Shown: positions 15,827 to 22,789 of the stretch, piece by piece
Numbering within the stretch: the stretch's first letter is position 1
How the letters are laid out: each line of letters begins with the position of its first letter
Virus record (IMG/VR): IMGVR_UViG_3300017917_003143
Span: 186,001 to 250,000 of that record
Strand: one strand, 5' to 3'
DNA length: 64,000 nt
Notes under the pieces: generated by a model
The model's input: only the letters and a program-made list of their open reading frames with translations
Told to the model about the DNA's origin: nothing
Databases searched by the model: none
Program-made: the position numbers and the translations under genes

Positions 15827-15901
15827 GGGGGTGTGGTGAAATGGTATCACAGCAGACTTTTAATCTGCCAATTTCGGGTTCGAGTCCCGGCGCCCCTACC
15901 A
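15827..15901 (+). tRNA. tRNA-Lys (TTT)
   Basis: GCAGA-CTTTTAA-TCTGC; CCA. Confidence 0.95.
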
Positions 15902-15959
15902 TATAAAAACACATTACTAAGAGTCCATATTCAGAGCGTGGCATAGTGTGTTTCTATAT
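15901..15959 (+). repeat. spacer hairpin element, second copy of 10289-10350
   Basis: ATATAAAAACACATT...TAGTGTGTTTCTATAT. Confidence 0.7.
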
Positions 15960-16035
15960 GGTAACGTAGCATAGCGGCTAATGCACCACCTTCATACGGT
16001 GTTTATCGTGGGTTCGAGTCCCACCGTTACTACCA
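15960..16035 (+). tRNA. tRNA-Met (CAT, elongator)
   Basis: TTCATAC loop; G1:U72 paired. Confidence 0.85.
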
Positions 16036-16039
16036 ATTT

Positions 16040-16115
16040 CCGCCCGTAGTCTAATGGATAAGGCAACGGTCTTCTACACCGTCAGATGTGGGTTCGACTC
16101 CTGCCGGGCGGGCCA
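16040..16115 (+). tRNA. tRNA-Arg (TCT)
   Basis: ACGGT-CTTCTAC-ACCGT; CCA. Confidence 0.93.
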
Positions 16116-16121
16116 AAAATA

Positions 16122-16196
16122 CGGCCCTTAGTTCAATGGATAGAATGCGATGCTTCGAACTTCGAGATGTGGGTTCGATTCCTGCAGGGCCGGCCA
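16122..16196 (+). tRNA. tRNA-Arg (TCG)
   Basis: CTTCGAA loop; CCA. Confidence 0.9.
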
Positions 16197-16200
16197 AATC

Positions 16201-16274
16201 GCTCGGATAGTTAAATGGTATAACGGTCGCTTGATAAGCGATTATTCCAAGTTCAATTCTTGGTCTGAGCACCA
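16201..16274 (+). tRNA. tRNA-Ile (GAT)
   Basis: GTCGC-TTGATAA-GCGAT; CCA. Confidence 0.93.
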
Positions 16275-16370
16275 AAAATATTTGCCAAACTTGTCAACGA
16301 GCGTGTGGTCTACGGCGTTATATGTATAGCACATCACAAATTGTGCTGTTTCTAAACAAAGGAGAACTTT

Positions 16371-16568
16371 ATGAAACTCGTAGCTACACTAATCGCAAGT
16401 TTGTTCGCTGTATCCGCTTTCGCACAGGCACCTGCTGCCAAGAAAGAAGAAGCCAAGCCAGCCGCGGCTGCTCCAGCACCTGCTGCCAAGCCAGCAGAGA
16501 AAAAAGCTGAGCCTGCCAAAAGCGACGCTAAAAAAGACGACAAAAAAGCCGACGCTCCTAAGAAGTAA
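16371..16568 (+). CDS. secreted Ala/Lys/Pro-rich small protein
   Basis: AAGGAG SD; signal peptide ending AFA; PAAKK/PAEKK repeats. Confidence 0.85.
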   Translation: MKLVATLIASLFAVSAFAQAPAAKKEEAKPAAAAPAPAAKPAEKKAEPAKSDAKKDDKKADAPKK

Positions 16569-16755
16569 TCCTGCTCATGTCATCGTACTCACGTTGGATG
16601 ACAGTGAGTACGAGTTTGAAGGAGATGATTACCTACATGTAGGATATCGAAGACCTGAACTGATCCATGTTTACTTTGACGAAGATGTTGAACTAAGCGA
16701 TCATGTAAAGTTTAGGTTATGGCTTGCCAGACAACTGGCGTTAAAGAAGTACAAG

Positions 16756-16785
16756 GAAACCTGGGGATGACCCGGGTTTCTTTTT
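16756..16785 (+). terminator. intrinsic terminator
   Basis: GAAACCTGGG-GATGA-CCCGGGTTTC-TTTTT. Confidence 0.7.
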
Positions 16786-16859
16786 GGGGGATTAGTTAAA
16801 TGGGATAACATCGGCTTTGCAAGCCGAGATTGAGAGTTCGATTCTCTCATCCTCCACCA
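16786..16859 (+). tRNA. tRNA-Ala (TGC)
   Basis: G3:U70; TTTGCAA loop; CCA. Confidence 0.95.
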
Positions 16860-16864
16860 AACAC

Positions 16865-16893
16865 TTGACAGTCACTAAATATTTTAGTAAAAT
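16865..16893 (+). promoter_or_regulatory. sigma70-type promoter
   Basis: TTGACA-17-TAAAAT. Confidence 0.75.
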
Positions 16894-16914
16894 AAAGTAT
16901 CCAAGGAGACTGCG

Positions 16915-17076
16915 ATGCAACAAGAAAAAACACCAGTGCCACAATATTTTTTCTCTCCCGGAGAATGGGATAGATTAGGATGCGGACCATTGCCGCCTGA
17001 GCGCAATCGTGATTTACAGAAAGCCATGGAACGCAGTGTTGAACACAAAGAAGACACAGGCAAAGGATATAACTGA
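16915..17076 (+). CDS. small hypothetical protein (53 aa)
   Basis: AAGGAG SD; MQQEKTPVPQYFFSPGEWDRLGCG. Confidence 0.7.
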   Translation: MQQEKTPVPQYFFSPGEWDRLGCGPLPPERNRDLQKAMERSVEHKEDTGKGYN

Positions 17077-17304
17077 TGGGATGGATAGCAGTATTGATTA
17101 TTGGTTGTTTGGTCGTTTATTTCATGGTCAAAAGCAAAGATCATGAAAACGATGAGTAAATAAGATTACTATGCGAGAGTATGCACCCAGCGGCGCTCCT
17201 GGATCTGCTGGCAATGTTGATGTGGTGAGAGGCCACAGGTCGCGCGAAGACCGTACATGTCTCGATAGTTTCGTGAACTGCCTACAACGCCCAAGACAGT
17301 AGGA

Positions 17305-17673
17305 GTTAGCCGAAAGGCCATGCGGGCATTATTGTTGTAATCCCTTCAAAACGAAGGCATGTTGGACGTGGGTTCGATTCCCACCAGGTCCACCAAAAGA
17401 GGATTAAAGTATGGATGACGATTTGGCAAGATTTGCGATGGGTATGGTAGCTGTGATCGTCATTGGAGCCATAGTCCTTTTCTGATGGGCCTGACCAGGT
17501 TTCGACAGCGTGAGATAGTGGAGACGGCAACACGGCAAAGCAGAAGCCGTAGGATTGGGGATTCCCGGTCGTAGAAGCAAAAAAAAGTAAACGCAAATGA
17601 TGAGGTTTACGCTTTAGCCGCTTGATCGGTTAAATGAGGATTCCCAGGTGTTCCTTATCACCCAAACACCTGG
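17305..17673 (+). ncRNA. ssrA: circularly permuted (two-piece) tmRNA
   Basis: T arm and acceptor 3' strand CAGGTCC-A-CCA end at 17395, upstream of the 5' end GGGCCTGACCAGGTTTCGAC at 17487 (G3:U70); tag frame 17593-17625 ANDEVYALAA-TGA; 5' boundary approximate. Confidence 0.92.
17411..17485 (+). CDS. 24-aa hydrophobic micro-protein inside the tmRNA intervening segment
   Basis: GAGGA SD; MDDDLARFAMGMVAVIVIGAIVLF-TGA. Confidence 0.6.
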   Translation: MDDDLARFAMGMVAVIVIGAIVLF

Positions 17674-17722
17674 TTGACTTCTTTTGTTTTTTCTCGTATA
17701 ATTACACATTCGCTCTTTAATA
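17674..17722 (+). promoter_or_regulatory. sigma70 promoter plus boxA-like element
   Basis: TTGACT-17-TATAAT; CGCTCTTTAATA at 17711-22. Confidence 0.8.
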
Positions 17723-17736
17723 ATTGACAGCATTAT

Positions 17737-17811
17737 GCTCGGTTCGTCTATCGGTCAGGACACCGCCCTTTCACGGCGGGAAGAGGGGTTCGATTCCCCT
17801 ACCGAGTACCA
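17737..17811 (+). tRNA. tRNA-Glu (TTC)
   Basis: CCGCC-CTTTCAC-GGCGG; CCA. Confidence 0.95.
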
Positions 17812-17942
17812 TAAGAAAACTCTTTGAAGTGTGGCTACACTGGAGAACAGTAAACTTCCGATGAAACCGGTCGAAGGAAGAACCTGCCAGGAAGATACGG
17901 AGCTATACAGTCGGGTTCGATTCCTGCAAAGAGTTTTCTTAT
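17811..17942 (+). ncRNA. Y RNA (YrlA)-like tRNA mimic
   Basis: 15-bp terminal helix ATAAGAAAACTCTTT/AAAGAGTTTTCTTAT; T loop GGG-TTCGATT-CCT; CTTCC/GGAAG stem carrying GTCGAAGG. Confidence 0.5.
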
Positions 17943-17944
17943 GG

Positions 17945-18405
17945 TAAGTGATGTGAGAGAAAGTGGTTAGTCACCACCCCGATTGCCAGGGGATGACACC
18001 ACCCTCGACCGCTGTGGGCCGCAAGGACCATGATCGTTTGACTAACGATCGAACACATGTTGGAGGGGAGATGGTAGCCAGGATACGCAATGAGCTCGAC
18101 GTGCTCGCGATCGTTGTAGGTTACGCACTCTTAAACACGCAGGCAGTATCGCTATCCATAATCTACATAGACTCAACAGTGATGCATTATTATATTCCTG
18201 GTGCTACTATAAGCTGGGGCCACTCACTGCTATGTTTAGCGACGCTAGATCGATCCGAGTATCCGGTAGTTTTCTAGCCTCTCGCAACCCCAATCGGTCT
18301 GGGCTAAACTCTGTGCTCTGTATGATCGGCCTCGACAGCTGGTCCTCTGCATCGCAGGTCACTGAGCATCAACACAGACTCCGCATAATCGTAAGCGGAA
18401 CTAAC
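17945..18405 (+). ncRNA. unassigned large (~460 nt) structured RNA
   Basis: Several local hairpins and three long-range complementarities (see findings); lies between RNA genes; no credible ORF. Confidence 0.6.
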
Positions 18406-18408
18406 AAT

Positions 18409-18483
18409 CGCGGAGTATATCAGTGGCAGATGGCGAGTCTCATAAGCTCGAGGTCAGTGGTTCGAATCCACTCTCCGCAACCA
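18409..18483 (+). tRNA. tRNA-fMet (CAT)-like
   Basis: C1:A72 mismatch; CTCATAA loop; anticodon stem lacks the usual three G-C pairs. Confidence 0.8.
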
Positions 18484-18488
18484 AAAAT

Positions 18489-18562
18489 GCAGGGTTCGTA
18501 TAGTGGTAATACCTCAGCCTTCCAAGCTGATGCGGAGAGTTCGATTCTCTTACCCTGCTCCA
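18489..18562 (+). tRNA. tRNA-Gly (TCC)
   Basis: TCAGC-CTTCCAA-GCTGA; U73. Confidence 0.95.
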
Positions 18563-18564
18563 GA

Positions 18565-18800
18565 ACGTTCCGTTGTCAACGGATAGTGCGACCCGCACGA
18601 TGAGAAGTGAGCTGACACTCACGGGTGGTCCCAGTCTAACCCTAACTGGCGCTGGCAATGCGTTAATCCCAGAGACGGCAAGCGGATGCCTCGGTGGCCT
18701 TAGACTATCCTGCTGAGGGGGCGGAAACCGATGGGCGGATGTTGTAATAACCAACCAGGATGCCACAGGCGCTTAAAATGACCGCGGTCTCTGGCGAAGC
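18565..18800 (+). ncRNA. unassigned structured RNA upstream of rpoZ
   Basis: TCCGTT/AACGGA, GTGAG/CTCAC, CCAGT/ACTGG hairpins; CCAGAGAC 18669 pairs with GTCTCTGG 18787. Confidence 0.5.
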
Positions 18801-18820
18801 TTTTATAAAGGAAAAATAGC

Positions 18821-19048
18821 ATGGCAAGAATCACATCAGAAAAAGCAGTACAAGCAGTAGGTAACCGTTACGATCTAATCTTGGTCGCTAGCCGACGTGC
18901 CCGTGAGTTGTCTAACGGTCATGCTCCTCATATCACAACCAATGATACCACAGTGGTCAAGGCCATTAGAGAAATTGAGCAAGGCCATATCGGTCGAGAT
19001 TATCTTTACAAGAGCCAAGACATCGAGCGAAAAAAGACAAAATCCTAG
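18821..19048 (+). CDS. rpoZ: RNA polymerase omega subunit
   Basis: MARITSEKAVQAVGNRYDLILVASRRAREL...VKAIREIEQG. Confidence 0.92.
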   Translation: MARITSEKAVQAVGNRYDLILVASRRARELSNGHAPHITTNDTTVVKAIREIEQGHIGRDYLYKSQDIERKKTKS

Positions 19049-19079
19049 ATTTTTGCCAAAAGAGATATATACACATATT

Positions 19080-19514
19080 ATGCTGTCATTCATTCACGAA
19101 CTAACTGATCCACTGTTAGATTATCTCAAGGACGATCCTGTGCGCCCGGATATCCCTCGCGAGTTCCGTGTAAGTGGAAAAAGGTTTGTCAGTGCCTTGG
19201 TAGAAGATCAGCCCAAGGCCATGGTTTGTGTAAGTTTGCATGACTTTGTTCCTGCCACAGTAGAAGATCTTGCACGTGATCCGCAAGAACCCAACACAGC
19301 TATATTCTACACCATTTGGAGCTATGTTCCTGGAGCCGCTGGCGAACTCCTGTTTGCCACAGTAGACGAAATCCGTCGACAGTTTCCCACTGTCAAACGC
19401 TTTGTGACACTGAGCCCAAAAACTGAAATGGCCCGACGCTTCCATATCAAAAATGGTGCTCAAGTTTTCAGAGAAAACGACAGCACTGTAAACTACGAAT
19501 ATATACTTGCATGA
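19080..19514 (+). CDS. GNAT-fold protein resembling the malonyl-CoA decarboxylase C-terminal domain
   Basis: AIFYTIWS...FVTLSP motifs. Confidence 0.5.
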   Translation: MLSFIHELTDPLLDYLKDDPVRPDIPREFRVSGKRFVSALVEDQPKAMVCVSLHDFVPATVEDLARDPQEPNTAIFYTIWSYVPGAAGELLFATVDEIRRQFPTVKRFVTLSPKTEMARRFHIKNGAQVFRENDSTVNYEYILA

Positions 19515-19678
19515 GCAAGTTCACAGACACTCTGAAAGCCGCTCTAGAGAAAAAACATGCCGCGGCTCATCCTGACACTAAGTCTGACTCAAAAGACGAT
19601 GGTAAATCAAAAACCAAACGAGCAGTTCCTGTGATCACAGGGAAACCTGTTAAAAAGGTCACTGGACGTGGACGCTAG
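19511..19678 (+). CDS. small basic protein (55 aa)
   Basis: Overlapping start; ends ...KKVTGRGR-TAG. Confidence 0.65.
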   Translation: MSKFTDTLKAALEKKHAAAHPDTKSDSKDDGKSKTKRAVPVITGKPVKKVTGRGR

Positions 19679-19806
19679 TATTTGGGATTTACCCTGGTGG
19701 CAATTGGGTTGGGGATTAGCAGTGGTGGCCAACTATGTGTATTGGTGCATCATCTACTCCCAAATCTTTGATTGACCTAAAATACCATTTCTAGTATAAT
19801 ACTAGC

Positions 19807-20163
19807 ATGGATTTTTACATAGACGAAGCGTATCTCACTGATGTCACGATACGGACTGAATATCCTCGCTACGATAATCGAACGGATCTTACCCCAGAAG
19901 AACTACTGGACATAATCAAGAATCCTACAGCGATGACTTCGATATCTAACAAAGATCATCCTGAATTTACCTATCTGCGAGAGCAGTTAGAACAACAAGG
20001 CTTCATAAAAGTCGAGCGTGGTTGGTGGAATGGAGATCGTGTATTAAAAACATTTCAATTAAATGATGTTGAGTTTAAAAAGCACAGTCAGTTTCCATGT
20101 GCCTCGGCTATGAAGCATCATTTAAAGTTTGCAAAACTATATAAACAAAAGAAAGGAGCATAA
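19807..20163 (+). CDS. hypothetical protein
   Basis: ORF after promoter TTGACC-17-TATAAT (19772-19800). Confidence 0.75.
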   Translation: MDFYIDEAYLTDVTIRTEYPRYDNRTDLTPEELLDIIKNPTAMTSISNKDHPEFTYLREQLEQQGFIKVERGWWNGDRVLKTFQLNDVEFKKHSQFPCASAMKHHLKFAKLYKQKKGA

Positions 20164-20164
20164 G

Positions 20165-20752
20165 ATGCCTAGTGTATTTTTAGTCAGCGACACGCACTTT
20201 GGTCACGCAGGTGTCTGTCGCTTCACACGTAACGATGGTGTTACAAAACTTCGACCTTGGACAGATCCCGACGAAATGGACGAAGCCATGGTCCGGGCCT
20301 GGAACGAAAGAGTCCGGCCCACAGACAAGGTTTACCACTTGGGAGACGTCGTGATCAACCGCAAGGCGTTAAAAACTCTTGCTCGCTTGAATGGAGACAA
20401 AGTTTTGATCCGCGGTAACCATGACATCTTCCCAGATGTGGAATATCGAGAATACTTCCGTGAACTACGTGCTTATCATGTTATGAACGGAATGATATTG
20501 AGTCATATTCCTATCCATCCAGAAAGCCTGGGTCGCTTTGGAGTAAACATTCACGGTCACTTGCATGCCAATCGTGTAATGGTGCCATTGGCAACCAGTG
20601 GAGTTCTTGATCGGATTGACACAAGATATCACTGTGTGTGCGTGGAACAGACTCCAGACTTTGCACCTATCCTGTTTGAAGATGTTATCAAACGCATCGA
20701 AGCAGAAGGTGGTGTAGTAGGTTTTCAAAATGGCAATGGTCCCACAATGTAA
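20165..20752 (+). CDS. calcineurin-like metallophosphoesterase
   Basis: SDTHFGH, HLGD, GNHD, HGHLH. Confidence 0.93.
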   Translation: MPSVFLVSDTHFGHAGVCRFTRNDGVTKLRPWTDPDEMDEAMVRAWNERVRPTDKVYHLGDVVINRKALKTLARLNGDKVLIRGNHDIFPDVEYREYFRELRAYHVMNGMILSHIPIHPESLGRFGVNIHGHLHANRVMVPLATSGVLDRIDTRYHCVCVEQTPDFAPILFEDVIKRIEAEGGVVGFQNGNGPTM

Positions 20753-20762
20753 GGAGAGTATT

Positions 20763-20912
20763 ATGCCGATGTACGAAGCAACTGTAAGAACGCCCGAAGG
20801 CGAAAAGAAAGATCGTGTGTATGCCAAGGATTTACAAGAAGCACGACAACTGTTGGAACAGCGGCATGGTCCTAGGAATGTTCCTTATCAGCCACATATA
20901 ATTCCCAGTTAG
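20763..20912 (+). CDS. small hypothetical protein
   Basis: AAGGAG SD; MPMYEATVRTP... Confidence 0.7.
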   Translation: MPMYEATVRTPEGEKKDRVYAKDLQEARQLLEQRHGPRNVPYQPHIIPS

Positions 20913-21045
20913 GTGTCGATCAGCCTCGCTCACTTGGCCGACGTCAATAAGTGCCGATAGCGAAATGATCGGGTGACGATTACCGCGAGGTAACAAGAGC
21001 CGCAGAAACCAAATGTCTGCGCCGGACTGGGTAACCGGCATACAT
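20913..21045 (+). ncRNA. five-hairpin intergenic RNA candidate
   Basis: CACTT/AAGTG, CCGAT/ATCGG, TTACC-GCGA-GGTAA, GCAGA/TCTGC, GCCGG/CCGGC. Confidence 0.5.
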
Positions 21046-21050
21046 ACTCC

Positions 21051-22226
21051 ATGTCAAAAATATTCAGCCTAGAACCTGCCATCGATCCCAATGCAAGACC
21101 CACGTTCTTGTTGGATTGGGAGTTGACACTGAAGTGTAACTTGGACTGTAGCTACTGTCCTACTCCCCGACAAGTTCCTTTGTCTTTGGCCTATCATGAC
21201 AACACAGCCGATCATCCGCCCTTGGATGAGTGTTTGAAAACCATAGATTTCATGTACGAATATGTAGATGCTTACATGGAATACAAACCTCGCTGGACTC
21301 GTGCTGTGGTATTAAATGTCTACGGTGGCGAAAGTTTGTTCCATCCAGACATAGTCGAAATTTTGAAGCAAGTAAGGATACGGCACGAGAGATATAAAGA
21401 TCGTTGGCCTCTCACTGTCACTTGCACTACCAATGGAGTAGTAGGCCAGAATCGAATGTCTGAGATAGTGGATCTCATAGACGAGTTTACAGTGAGTTAT
21501 CACGCTGAGTCGTTGGAAAAACAAAAATCGCAGGTAAGAGAAAATCTGTTGTTGATAAAAAATCACAATCGACGACTGAAATGTGTGATCTTGATGCATG
21601 GCAATCAAAAACACTGGCCTGATCTGTTAGAACTCATTGATTTCTGCAAGCAACACGATATCAACTGCTTGCCAAGACAGCTGGATGGGCCAATCAACAG
21701 CAATTATAATCCGGAGCAAATAGTTTGGTTCAAAGATTTTTGGAAACAAAAGAATCCACCCAAGAGCCAGAAAAAACAGTCTCAACTTCTGTCCGATAAA
21801 ACAACAGCACTGGAATCTACCAATGTCAAATTGACCAATGTTGGTCGTGCTTGTTGCGGTGGACGTTTGATGTGTACCAACTCGGAATTAAAAAATCCGA
21901 TCTTTTATGTGCCAGACAATGTGTTCACCGGGTGGCATTGCAGTGTGAATTGGTTCTTTCTTTATGTCAAACAGCACACACGAGAAATATTCACCAACAA
22001 AGATTGCAGGATGAGATTTGATGGCACTGTGGGTCCAATTGGCGATCTCGATCATGCACAGGATCTAATCAACCAAACAAAAAACCTACTCCACAACCGA
22101 TCCATGCCAGTGATCACCTGTGCCAAAGACCATTGCTGGTGCGGACTGTGCTCTCCAAAAGCAGAAACCAAACAAGATTTTTTAAAAATCATGGACAAAC
22201 ACATCACTGAAAAAGTATTACGGTAA
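21051..22226 (+). CDS. radical SAM protein with Cys-rich C-terminus
   Basis: CNLDCSYC; YGGE; C-terminal CxxxxCWCGLC. Confidence 0.9.
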   Translation: MSKIFSLEPAIDPNARPTFLLDWELTLKCNLDCSYCPTPRQVPLSLAYHDNTADHPPLDECLKTIDFMYEYVDAYMEYKPRWTRAVVLNVYGGESLFHPDIVEILKQVRIRHERYKDRWPLTVTCTTNGVVGQNRMSEIVDLIDEFTVSYHAESLEKQKSQVRENLLLIKNHNRRLKCVILMHGNQKHWPDLLELIDFCKQHDINCLPRQLDGPINSNYNPEQIVWFKDFWKQKNPPKSQKKQSQLLSDKTTALESTNVKLTNVGRACCGGRLMCTNSELKNPIFYVPDNVFTGWHCSVNWFFLYVKQHTREIFTNKDCRMRFDGTVGPIGDLDHAQDLINQTKNLLHNRSMPVITCAKDHCWCGLCSPKAETKQDFLKIMDKHITEKVLR

Positions 22227-22288
22227 TCTTGATTGTTGCATTATCAACTACGATAATGTATAATTACTAACTTAGAGCGAGGATAAAA

Positions 22289-22486
22289 ATGTCAAAAAAA
22301 CTCAACCGTAAGAAACCAGGATACACCAAAAGTGGCGAAATCAAGATCGTTAGCTTGAACTCGAAACAATTGACTGAGCTGATGGAAAAAACACAGCAAA
22401 AGAAAAAACGTGCCAAGATACAACGTAGGATTTGGCAACTGACTGGTCAACCAATGGTCGCAGTCTCTGACATATCCGCAGAGTAA
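22289..22486 (+). CDS. small basic protein
   Basis: GAGGA SD; ORF track. Confidence 0.7.
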   Translation: MSKKLNRKKPGYTKSGEIKIVSLNSKQLTELMEKTQQKKKRAKIQRRIWQLTGQPMVAVSDISAE

Positions 22487-22492
22487 AATCAC

Positions 22493-22566
22493 GCCCTGTT
22501 AGTTAAATGGTATAACAGTTGATTTGTAATCATCAATTGGCAGTTCGATTCTGTCACGGGGCACCA
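22493..22566 (+). tRNA. tRNA-Thr (TGT), second copy outside the array
   Basis: TTTGTAA loop; CCA. Confidence 0.9.
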
Positions 22567-22585
22567 ACCAACACAAAGGAAACCT

Positions 22586-22744
22586 ATGAGAGCAGGCTCA
22601 AACTTTAAAATGTCCAAACAAAGCAAACGCTATCTAGCTACCATCATTGACCCTCATCGTCGGGGTGAAATCAAAAAAGGCACTGTCCAAGCCGAATTAG
22701 CCAGCCAACAACAAGTACGTCAGCCAAGAGGAGAAAAGCGTTAA
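22586..22744 (+). CDS. small basic protein (52 aa)
   Basis: AAGGA SD; MRAGSNFKMSKQSKRYLATI. Confidence 0.7.
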   Translation: MRAGSNFKMSKQSKRYLATIIDPHRRGEIKKGTVQAELASQQQVRQPRGEKR

Positions 22745-22752
22745 AGACCCAG

Positions 22753-22789
22753 CATGGGGCATGTGTTGTTAAATACCACATGCTTCATG
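22753..22789 (+). promoter_or_regulatory. start-codon-occluding hairpin with TAAATA in its loop
   Basis: CATGGGGCATGTG/CACATGCTTCATG; TAAATA 22770-75; ATG 22780. Confidence 0.6.

Noticed and set aside
16564-16769. Open frame ...VIVLTLDDSEYEFE...KYKETWG after the secreted peptide gene
   Set aside because: It looks coding but I could not find a defensible start codon, so it is not annotated.
18590-18625. Hammerhead ribozyme (CGATGAG...)
   Set aside because: The CUGAUGA core is imperfect and there is no correctly placed GAAA/UH.
12432-18766. Many 60-125 aa ORFs overlapping tRNAs and ncRNAs (e.g. 13860, 14969, 14982, 17963, 18232, 18440)
   Set aside because: They are translations of RNA genes, lack an SD and show no protein-like motifs.
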